A stretch of 32,000 bases of DNA, taken from NCBI GenBank assembly GCA_965250005.1, contig OZ252279.1, positions 1,620,001 to 1,652,000 on the forward strand. The letters are read 5' to 3'. Made by a program: the position numbers and the translations under genes. This DNA comes from Demequinaceae bacterium. Lineage in GTDB: Bacteria > Actinomycetota > Actinomycetes > Actinomycetales > Demequinaceae. The number at the start of each line of letters is the position of its first letter. Within the stretch, counting starts at the first letter, position 1. The notes under the pieces are model-generated. The model made no database searches. It was not told the DNA's origin and saw nothing but the letters and a program-made list of their open reading frames with translations. Below are positions 9,501 through 15,424 of this stretch, one piece after another.

Positions 9501-11804
9501 GAGCTGTCCACGGATGAGGCATCCACGCTCACGGACTACACGCATGATGAGCTGGGTCGTTTGACGGAGTCCGTCACTGGTGACTATGTGGCGTCCTATG
9601 GGTGGGATGCGGCCTCGAACATGGTGTTTGAGGCGGTCTCTGAGGACCTGTCGACCAACAAGAAGAACGACGGTTACACCGTCACCCGCTCTGTGAACGC
9701 GATCAACCAACTGACGTCATCTGCGATGGACCCGGCCGTGATGCCGGCGTCCAAGACGGAGACCACGGCGTACACGTATGACGCACGGGGTAACCGCACG
9801 CAGGCGTTGACGACCACGACGTCGGGTAAGAAGACGCACACGGTTTCCGATGTGGCGTATACGTATGATGGTCGCGATCTGGTCAGTTCAGTAGCCGGTG
9901 GCGACACAGACATCGAATACAACCGTGACGGGGTGGGTCGTGCTCTTGAAGTCACCGAGGATGGTGGCACCCGCACGCGTTTGTATGACGGGCTTGCGAT
10001 CGTGCGCGACGGGGACACAACGCTGACGCGTGGTCCTGCTGGTGCGGTGTTGTTTGAGGCCACGATGGTGACGTCGGGCAAGGGCAAGAACGCCACGACC
10101 TCGATCCAGACGGTGGATGTGCTGGCGGACCTGCTGGGATCGGCTGTGACGACCGCCTCTGATGGGGTGATTTCTGCGGATCTTGCGCTCTACGGTGACT
10201 TCGGTGACCTGCTGACAGACACGTCCCAAGACACGGTGACGGGGTTCACCGGTCAAGTCGATACGGCAGGGTTGCTCGAGTTTGCGTCGAGGTCTTATGA
10301 CATTGGTTCTCGGGTGTGGGTCCAGGATGACCGCTACCGCGGCACTGTTGCGCGTGCGTCGTCGATGAACCGGTACACCTACGTTGAAGGTGCCCCCGAA
10401 ACATATATCGACATCCTCGGATTCTTTCGCGCAGCAGCCGCACTGCGGGCGCAACAGTTGGCGGCGTTGAACGCACAACTCCAGTCAGCATTAAGTTCCC
10501 TCGAAAACCTCTACGGAATTGCGATCCAAAACGGGCAGGGCATGTCAGCCGATGACATGCTACGCAACTACAACAAACTCGCCGCAAACCTAGACCCCGC
10601 AGTCAAGGCTGTGTTGGCGCCGATAGTGGGCGAGCTCGCGACAGGCGTCAAGACATTTCATGGGCAACAGGCAATTGATGCACAGAAGTGGGCGTCAGCT
10701 GAGCAAACATATCGGTTGGCATACAACGCAAATCAGAAAGCCAAGGGAATCGCTTTTGCCCGATGGACGGCCGCAATGGATCTCCAGATCGCAGCATTCT
10801 ATTCACAAGCGCCAGGAGGTGACCCAAACGTTGAAAACGATCAAGGTTTCCTCGGCAATGTTGTGGCGCAAGCGGCGGGCAGTTTTGCTGCGAGCCGCGA
10901 CTTCGCAGTCGGTTTGGCCGTCGGACTGTATGACGTCTCGGTGGTACTGACGAATCCACTCCTTGCGCACTCATCAGGCAGTTACGAGCGTCTCAATGAT
11001 CAACGTAATGCGTTCATGGCTGGAGTGGAGGAGAACGGTTGGGGCGACCAACTCAACATGACGCTAAACCCCGTCTATCACCTGATTGATGCCGGAGCGG
11101 CAACCCTGGATGCCAGAAACCGGGGAGACTTCTACCAGGTTGGTCAGGGAGTAGTCCACGTCCAAGTTGCGGTCATCGAAACCGCACTCATTGTGGCCCC
11201 AGGAGCAGGACTAGCAATCTCCGGTGGCGTCAAAATCGCCGCCCTCGCAAGCCGCACCGCAACAACCATCACAGCGGCCCGAACCGTCGCCGCATCCCGC
11301 GCCGCCGGACTCGCAACAGACGCCGGAGCCATCCAACTACCCGGACGAGCCGCAGCGTCCACACTCGACGATCTAGCGCGGATCGGCTCGCAGGCCGGTG
11401 AACGAACGGTTCTCGCGCCCGGTGGCGGGCTTGTGGCTCACGAGGCGGCCGGGGGCCACACTTTGACTCTACATGTTGGCCAAAGCACGAGCAACCTAGC
11501 TGCTCGACTTGCGGCGTACCCGAAGATTCCTGCGGCGTCTTCGTTCTCCAGTCAAGCGATTGCAGAGCAAGCAGTCAGCAAAGTACTGTTGATGCCATCG
11601 TCTGTCGCGAAGATCCAGGCGGCAACAAAGGGCGGTTGGCCGGGAGGACAAGTCGTGCTCAATGAAGCGGTCGGGTTCAAGACGGGTGACGTGCTCGTTA
11701 GAAACGCGTTATCCCCGACGCCAAGCAGCAGCGCACTGCTTGTCGTGCGGCCAGTGCCCGGCAACCCCGGGGCATGGTACGTCCATACGGCGTTCCCCTC
11801 GTGA
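3489..11804 (+). CDS. secreted Rhs/YD-repeat polymorphic toxin (2,771 aa) with RNase A-like C-terminal tip
   Basis: The ORF is open over 3450-11804. I prefer ATG 3489, which has GAGGGG just upstream and yields the signal peptide MSTAVRFALTTTLTAALVAGVVTPVYA/TDD. There are dozens of YD repeats (e.g. DALGNATTRTYDLANRLTSVTD). The RHS core end reads GFTGQVDTAGLLEFASRSYDIGSRVWVQDDRYRG...NRYTYVEGAPETYIDILGF, followed by a 459-aa extension. Confidence 0.93.
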   Translation: MSTAVRFALTTTLTAALVAGVVTPVYATDDSLLVEGESTSIALPEGGEVDFNVVDQATDGATVEAEPIEVEGATAETADGAVVSLTDGVSIVATDAVGGDVTEFEHQVTVVEETEDTPAYVSEFVPAIELTFPISEEQLSEVDVASLGVYSRESEDDEWTWVPSAYDPELGAVVAQSDHLSEFIVMAAPAAAVPDPTIPRIALDPDDALGRALWNGHVYNELQFSHAVATAVKARLENECLAEVLITRNSSTAFVARTTRSNRIRNFDADIAMTLAFNNYNTASDGIARPWGISRDGGVVAWSASNSASTRLGNNTKTQIVNWTGRPDRRGLNPPSSVLPYSQLVGSAPAYAHAELLFLSHNYDWPIISTRLDLVTDAVYSSIIQQIEATGGIACAEPVTLPTPPTQDVLDDLAQLGENNYQIYGTDPVNLATGNFLASEEVFTLSGVGDQVIDLTLAYNALDGRVSPVGNGWNFGYSSRAQLYDNGAVMAILADGRSVYFESDGAGGFVTPPGARSTLAAVEGGAVLTFADNTSLEFTFDEESGYGTLARAVDRQGNAYTLVYGPLAEAAEGEYTFPPLQSITDQAGQTVAVQSTPEGRITGFTHPDGREWTLAYDAAGNLTAITDGANRTRSFAYNADGLLEVVTGADGVAELTNVFDTEQRVVIQTDGAGYVRTIAYGPNRETTLTDALGNASTLTHNDKNQVVRALDAEGGETVTGYDEFYNPNTSTDANGNVFTSEFDVYGRVKSSTNALGETTTYGYNPRGDLVSIASPDPNGGTATTSFVLNEDGRAIETHLPDGTVTYASFDAHGDMTSITDATGAVTTMAYDWRGNSVATTDALGNATTRTYDLANRLTSVTDATSATTTLAYDAADNLISTLDALGGVATFVYDVNDSLVRETNEAGETATYEYNVNLQLTAANRPDGSRMEYAYDAEHRMVAQTNPDGTRRTWEYDGLGRATVMVDEAGARWLTEYDAIGNPVASIDPSGARSEVDYDALSRPVTFTDALGNADTVTYLPGGAAGSQTDALGRTLSYGYDVMGRLESVTTQDGETRAYSYDANGWLVSATDARGFTETYVTDALGREVSMTDALGSLWRTEYDVLGNTTATVDALGNRTEIDYDALSRPVATTDALGAHATFTFDPVGRATSETNKNGNAVSYEYDTLGRLTRTTYPDGSTASTTYNARGLAVGTVGTRGFATAYEYDARSMQTAMVDEAGERWLSEYDSRGNLVANIDPAGGRTEFDYDALSRRVATTDQVGAHTAFTYDAAGQMTSSTDALGNSTAYTFDAMGRAATMTTADGATVAYAYDLNGNVTSFTNQRGFTETYLLDPLDRMVSRTDTLGGTWATEFDALGNATATVDPLGNRTEATYDALSRIVGLTDALAGEATFTYDALGARTSTTNALGQTTSLTYDSLGRPVGSTFADGTTASNVYDAGGLKVTSTDQRGNAMSYEYDARGLQVASVDTAGERWLTEYDSRGNVTASVDPLSARSTAQYDAASRPVAVVNAVGSQSTFAYDALGQMITSTNALGDTTAYTYDAMQRMVTMTTPEGATSQYGYDANGNTTSITNALGDVLATEYDAAGRAIATVLPDGGRTETARDALGREVATTDARGNTTAVTYDALGRPTLVLDAAGFATTATYDAGGNRLSTTDARGGTTGFVYDVMNRLVSTTNAEGETRTQAYDTAGNITEAIDPSGIATHFTYDVRNLLTETVENFLPAEPSSESVNVTTSVSYDARGDAVATVDPRGNATLFERDALGRVETETDALGQTSTVDFDALGRPSVVTAPDGSVTATTFSADGYAVEVAYPDQTVTSGFDALGNRTSMTDDLGTSSWTYDWASRVTVAVDALGQKNTNQYDLAGNQTRVAYDDGRSLLRTYDARNLAVSQSDANGVAAFGYDEVGALVGILRPSGVETEISRDLVGRVTAIVHAGEGVVGNKLPSGEVNPSSMAPGNAFGHCKDNGNGHPNQQPAGCSTGTLAFEYAYDARGLVDERELSTDEASTLTDYTHDELGRLTESVTGDYVASYGWDAASNMVFEAVSEDLSTNKKNDGYTVTRSVNAINQLTSSAMDPAVMPASKTETTAYTYDARGNRTQALTTTTSGKKTHTVSDVAYTYDGRDLVSSVAGGDTDIEYNRDGVGRALEVTEDGGTRTRLYDGLAIVRDGDTTLTRGPAGAVLFEATMVTSGKGKNATTSIQTVDVLADLLGSAVTTASDGVISADLALYGDFGDLLTDTSQDTVTGFTGQVDTAGLLEFASRSYDIGSRVWVQDDRYRGTVARASSMNRYTYVEGAPETYIDILGFFRAAAALRAQQLAALNAQLQSALSSLENLYGIAIQNGQGMSADDMLRNYNKLAANLDPAVKAVLAPIVGELATGVKTFHGQQAIDAQKWASAEQTYRLAYNANQKAKGIAFARWTAAMDLQIAAFYSQAPGGDPNVENDQGFLGNVVAQAAGSFAASRDFAVGLAVGLYDVSVVLTNPLLAHSSGSYERLNDQRNAFMAGVEENGWGDQLNMTLNPVYHLIDAGAATLDARNRGDFYQVGQGVVHVQVAVIETALIVAPGAGLAISGGVKIAALASRTATTITAARTVAASRAAGLATDAGAIQLPGRAAASTLDDLARIGSQAGERTVLAPGGGLVAHEAAGGHTLTLHVGQSTSNLAARLAAYPKIPAASSFSSQAIAEQAVSKVLLMPSSVAKIQAATKGGWPGGQVVLNEAVGFKTGDVLVRNALSPTPSSSALLVVRPVPGNPGAWYVHTAFPS
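4080..4655 (+). other. degenerate N-acetylmuramoyl-L-alanine amidase (amidase_3)-like module inside Rhs N-terminus
   Basis: IALDPDDALG...NELQF...VLITRNSSTAFVARTTRSNRIRNFDADIAMTLAFNN...YAHAELLFLSHN aligns by eye with the amidase_3 pattern vIDPGHGG...E...vlTRd.D..vsL.eR...aN...aDlfiSiHaNa...avLvElgFlsN. Both His zinc ligands are replaced. Confidence 0.55.
4770..10424 (+). other. YD-repeat shell plus RHS-associated core region
   Basis: It runs from NLATGNF (about 4771) to DILGF (10410-10424), with continuous YD-type periodicity. Confidence 0.85.
10425..11329 (+). other. conserved post-cleavage pre-toxin module (shared by all three cassettes)
   Basis: The coding segment after DILGF reads FRAAAALRAQQLAALNAQLQSAL...GVVHVQVAVIETALIVAPGAGLAISGGVKIAALA...GLATDAGA. 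It is repeated at 12202-13097 and partly at 14079-14587. Confidence 0.7.
10434..11329. repeat. direct repeat copy 1 (896 bp) within rhs
   Basis: It appears identical to 12202-13097 (offset 1,768 bp). The sense translation and two antisense ORF translations (10648-10974 = 12416-12742; 10660-10950 = 12428-12718) are letter-identical. Confidence 0.9.
11420..11801 (+). other. RNase A-like (CdiA-CT type) toxin domain, tip 1
   Basis: GGGLVAHEAAGGHTLTLHVGQSTSNLAARL...WYVHTAFPS resembles the bacterial RNase A-like CdiA-CT family as recalled (E..GGHT..KHVG.t...L..R, ending ..TayP). Confidence 0.55.
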
Positions 11805-12142
11805 GCGCGGGAACCCGCGACCTTGCGTCCTGGGATTTCTTCGGTGGGTCCTTTAATCAAGACTGGATGTCGGATCACGCGACACCGAGTGAAGCCATTG
11901 ACGAATACGTGCGCCTCGCGGCAATCGGAAACGTTGCACAACTACTCGGCGAGTTGGTGGCGATTGCGTCGCTCGGGCTGACTGATGACGAAGTCGAGAC
12001 CTGGCTCGTTGGGGTCAACAGTTATCACGTTCCAACGGGAGAAGGCGAGGCCGCGGCGTTCGTCGATGAGGTGATTGCCCGACTGACATCAGGTCTTGCG
12101 CGTGGCCTTGCGGGCGTTGGTGCCGTTCCCGGTAGACCTTAG
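11801..12142 (+). CDS. cognate immunity protein 1 (CdiI-like, FFGGxFxQDW motif)
   Basis: GTG 11801 overlaps the rhs stop TGA 11802-11804 (GTGA coupling). An alternative in-frame ATG lies at 11774. The motif WDFFGGSFNQDW resembles a contact-dependent-inhibition immunity family also seen at 14931. Confidence 0.7.
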   Translation: MSAGTRDLASWDFFGGSFNQDWMSDHATPSEAIDEYVRLAAIGNVAQLLGELVAIASLGLTDDEVETWLVGVNSYHVPTGEGEAAAFVDEVIARLTSGLARGLAGVGAVPGRP

Positions 12143-12201
12143 CCGCTGGTAGGTGTTGCGCCCCGGAAACGTATGTTGACGTCCTTGGGTTCTTCCGGGC
12201 T

Positions 12202-13097
12202 GCAGCCGCACTGCGGGCGCAACAGTTGGCGGCGTTGAACGCACAACTCCAGTCAGCATTAAGTTCCCTCGAAAACCTCTACGGAATTGCGATCCAAAAC
12301 GGGCAGGGCATGTCAGCCGATGACATGCTACGCAACTACAACAAACTCGCCGCAAACCTAGACCCCGCAGTCAAGGCTGTGTTGGCGCCGATAGTGGGCG
12401 AGCTCGCGACAGGCGTCAAGACATTTCATGGGCAACAGGCAATTGATGCACAGAAGTGGGCGTCAGCTGAGCAAACATATCGGTTGGCATACAACGCAAA
12501 TCAGAAAGCCAAGGGAATCGCTTTTGCCCGATGGACGGCCGCAATGGATCTCCAGATCGCAGCATTCTATTCACAAGCGCCAGGAGGTGACCCAAACGTT
12601 GAAAACGATCAAGGTTTCCTCGGCAATGTTGTGGCGCAAGCGGCGGGCAGTTTTGCTGCGAGCCGCGACTTCGCAGTCGGTTTGGCCGTCGGACTGTATG
12701 ACGTCTCGGTGGTACTGACGAATCCACTCCTTGCGCACTCATCAGGCAGTTACGAGCGTCTCAATGATCAACGTAATGCGTTCATGGCTGGAGTGGAGGA
12801 GAACGGTTGGGGCGACCAACTCAACATGACGCTAAACCCCGTCTATCACCTGATTGATGCCGGAGCGGCAACCCTGGATGCCAGAAACCGGGGAGACTTC
12901 TACCAGGTTGGTCAGGGAGTAGTCCACGTCCAAGTTGCGGTCATCGAAACCGCACTCATTGTGGCCCCAGGAGCAGGACTAGCAATCTCCGGTGGCGTCA
13001 AAATCGCCGCCCTCGCAAGCCGCACCGCAACAACCATCACAGCGGCCCGAACCGTCGCCGCATCCCGCGCCGCCGGACTCGCAACAGACGCCGGAGC
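12202..13097. repeat. direct repeat copy 2 (896 bp) at the head of orphan cassette 2
   Basis: See copy 1. The preceding ~40 bp (12160-12201) is a ~70% diverged match to 10392-10433. Confidence 0.9.
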
Positions 13098-13557
13098 AGT
13101 TCAGTTGCCCGGACGCGCCGTTTCTGGGGCAGAAGCTGCAACGAGCGCGGCGGAAGCAAGCACCCGGGTCATCGCAAGTGCAGAAGCCGCGGTGGTCGAT
13201 ACCGCTGCGTACAGTGGCCTGACCAGCAAGGTAATTGCGCTTTCAGAGCGAAACATCACGAACAGTGGGCAGACCGTACTTGGAAGCTTTCCGCGCTACA
13301 TTGAAGTCGCCAAAGCGCGAAGCGCCAGTTACTTTGACATTGGCGAAGCGTGGAGAACCTTGAAGAAAACCGAGCGCACTGCGGTCAACAATCATTTCCT
13401 CGACACCCGTATGGCCGCGGGCGACCAGTTCTACCTGACGATGCCGAAGGGTAGCGTTGTTCCAGGTAGCGCCCTTGCCGATGAGATCGCGTATCTCACG
13501 CGTCCGGGCTCGGGCTATCAATGGGTCAACCAATGGTCGTTGAGAAAGGTCAGTTGA
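12226..13557 (+). CDS. orphan Rhs C-terminal cassette 2: pre-toxin module plus unassigned toxin domain
   Basis: The frame is open from 12136 and encodes APETYVDVLGFFRAAAALRAQQ, a remnant of the core end. The first possible start is TTG 12226, with no ATG or RBS. The unique C-terminal ~150 aa begins after 13097. Confidence 0.65.
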   Translation: MAALNAQLQSALSSLENLYGIAIQNGQGMSADDMLRNYNKLAANLDPAVKAVLAPIVGELATGVKTFHGQQAIDAQKWASAEQTYRLAYNANQKAKGIAFARWTAAMDLQIAAFYSQAPGGDPNVENDQGFLGNVVAQAAGSFAASRDFAVGLAVGLYDVSVVLTNPLLAHSSGSYERLNDQRNAFMAGVEENGWGDQLNMTLNPVYHLIDAGAATLDARNRGDFYQVGQGVVHVQVAVIETALIVAPGAGLAISGGVKIAALASRTATTITAARTVAASRAAGLATDAGAVQLPGRAVSGAEAATSAAEASTRVIASAEAAVVDTAAYSGLTSKVIALSERNITNSGQTVLGSFPRYIEVAKARSASYFDIGEAWRTLKKTERTAVNNHFLDTRMAAGDQFYLTMPKGSVVPGSALADEIAYLTRPGSGYQWVNQWSLRKVS

Positions 13558-13558
13558 C

Positions 13559-13966
13559 GTGAACGAGATCATGAAGTTCATCGCCACGTTCATGGGCTTC
13601 CTTTGGCGCGAGGCAGATTTTCAGATCGGCGACTCGGCAAGTACCGATGTTAATGGCGGCAACGCGTACTTGGTAGTCGAATCGAATGATCTTCGGCTGC
13701 GCTTCGTTCTCGACCGATCTCAATTACTTCTCGAGTTTCAGCCGCATTTGGATCGTTCGTCGAATACATGGTTCGATGTCGATCTAGTTCATCGCGTGAT
13801 TGCTGGGCGTCGCGACGGCCCAAGCCTGTTGGATGAGTATTTCGCTGAGTTTGTTGACAGCAATCTTGACGCGATTAAGGCGCTCTTCGCCCGGGACGCC
13901 TGGGAAAATTCGCGCGCGGCTTTGCGTGAGGCTGGCAGCGCACGCGCTAAGGAGTTCTTTGGGTAG
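13559..13966 (+). CDS. putative immunity protein 2 (no family assigned)
   Basis: 135-aa ORF starting 2 nt after the cassette-2 stop (TGA 13555-13557, GTG 13559; alternative ATG 13571). Its position and size are typical of immunity genes. Confidence 0.6.
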   Translation: MNEIMKFIATFMGFLWREADFQIGDSASTDVNGGNAYLVVESNDLRLRFVLDRSQLLLEFQPHLDRSSNTWFDVDLVHRVIAGRRDGPSLLDEYFAEFVDSNLDAIKALFARDAWENSRAALREAGSARAKEFFG

Positions 13967-14078
13967 GATTCCACGCTGTGATAAGGCGTACTTGGAGAAG
14001 TGGGGAGTTGAAGTTGTCGGACCCCGATAGCGTTTTGGTCCGTTCACGGACGGGCTTCCCTCACGGGCCTCGCTCCGG

Positions 14079-14587
14079 CTGACGAATCCACTCCTTGCGC
14101 ACTCATCAGGCAGTTACGAGCGTCTCAATGACCAACGTAATGCGTTCATGGCTGGAGTGGAGGAGAACGGTTGGGGCGACCAACTCAACATGACCCTAGA
14201 CCCCGTCTATCACCTGATTGATGCCGGAGCGGCAACTCTGGATGCCAGAAACCGGGGAGACTTCTACCAGGTTGGTCAGGGAGTAGTCCACGTCCAAGTT
14301 GCGGTCATCGAAACCGCACTCATTGTGGCCCCAGGAGCAGGACTAGCAATCTCCGGTGGCGTCAAAATCGCCGCCCTCGCAAGCCGCACCGCAACAACCA
14401 TCACAGCGGCCCGAACCGTCGCCGCATCCCGCGCCGCCGGACTCGCAACAGACGCCGGAGCAGTTCAGTTGCCCGGACGCGCCGCCGCGGCCACACTCGA
14501 CGATCTAGCGCGGATCGGCTCGCAGGCCGGTGAACGAACGGTTCTCGCGCCCGGTGGCGGGCTTGTGGCTCACGAGGCGGCCGGGGG
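14079..14587. repeat. direct repeat copy 3 (5'-truncated, ~509 bp, a few SNPs) at the head of orphan cassette 3
   Basis: It matches 10947-11455 at offset 3,132 bp. Visible substitutions include gaccaacg vs gatcaacg and atgaccctagacccc vs atgacgctaaacccc. Confidence 0.85.
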
Positions 14588-14930
14588 GCACACGCTTCTG
14601 AAGCACGTCGGGAGGACGGAGGCGCAGTTAGTTCAACGTCTAGTTGATGAACCGTGGGTTGGCGCATCAAGTACGTTCACGTCCCGCACGGCCGCAGAAC
14701 TCTGGGTCGCGAGGGCGATTGATGCCAACGCAGCGAAGATCACAGACTGGCTAGCGACTGGTCCGACAAAACCGATGCCATTTACAATGTCTGGAAATGG
14801 TGTTCCAACTGGGGTAACTGTTCCAAGGGGTGCGGTGGCTATCCAAGCCGCGACCGGTGTGCGCGTCGTTTTGGTTGCAGACTCTACGGTACCGCTCGGC
14901 TACCGGATCCTCACTGCGTATCCTGAGTAA
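14148..14930 (+). CDS. orphan Rhs C-terminal cassette 3: truncated pre-toxin module plus second RNase A-like toxin domain
   Basis: The frame is open from 14031 and homology to rhs begins at 14079. The first ATG (14148) is an internal Met of the shared module (MAGVEENGWG). The tip reads GGHTLLKHVGRTEAQLVQRL...GYRILTAYPE. Confidence 0.65.
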   Translation: MAGVEENGWGDQLNMTLDPVYHLIDAGAATLDARNRGDFYQVGQGVVHVQVAVIETALIVAPGAGLAISGGVKIAALASRTATTITAARTVAASRAAGLATDAGAVQLPGRAAAATLDDLARIGSQAGERTVLAPGGGLVAHEAAGGHTLLKHVGRTEAQLVQRLVDEPWVGASSTFTSRTAAELWVARAIDANAAKITDWLATGPTKPMPFTMSGNGVPTGVTVPRGAVAIQAATGVRVVLVADSTVPLGYRILTAYPE

Positions 14931-15260
14931 ATGAACCCCGAACCCTTGCAGTTTCCTGCGCTCGTAGAGTTCTTCGGCGCCTACCTTCATCAGGATTATT
15001 CGATCTACGGTAGTTCACCGTTCGCAGTTGCTAGGTACGCAGCGCGCGAAGTTGAGTCAGTGTTCGCATTCTCCGTGATTGGAGAGCTCTCGACTTTGGC
15101 GCAAACGCCGGGTGGCGATGCGGCAATTGCCGCTACCATCAAGTCTCTGCCGCCCGGTGTGGACCTAGGCTACGGCGGTTCGGTTTCGCAAGTGCTGGAG
15201 CGAATGGCGCGAGAGATGTCAGAGGAACTCGCAAAGCGGGTGTCTTCGCCCGGTCGATAG
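14931..15260 (+). CDS. cognate immunity protein 3 (CdiI-like, FFGAYLHQDY motif)
   Basis: ATG 14931 directly abuts the TAA stop at 14928-14930 (TAAATG). The 109-aa product shares the FFG.(Y/F).(H/N)QD(W/Y) motif with the 11801 ORF. Confidence 0.7.
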   Translation: MNPEPLQFPALVEFFGAYLHQDYSIYGSSPFAVARYAAREVESVFAFSVIGELSTLAQTPGGDAAIAATIKSLPPGVDLGYGGSVSQVLERMAREMSEELAKRVSSPGR

Positions 15261-15424
15261 TTCACTCAAGTCTTTGGTCCTGGTGGCCGGCGGAATTCGA
15301 GAGGTACTTGACCGCCGAAAATGGGCGTGATGCAAGGATTGGTGACAACTTGACCTGCCTGGTTGGCGGTGCGAACCGAGCGTGTCCGACCTCAGCGAAG
15401 GTCGCGACACCAGAAGGGCTTAGG

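Noticed and set aside
4770-10424. Regular short-period repetition that could be mistaken for a CRISPR or tandem-repeat array.
   Set aside because: The periodicity is that of protein-coding YD repeats in one long open frame, with no invariant direct repeats separated by unique spacers.
12089-12355. Identical antisense ORF pairs (10246-10587 / 12089-12355, 10648-10974 / 12416-12742).
   Set aside because: Their identity is simply a consequence of the 896-bp duplication, not evidence of independent genes.
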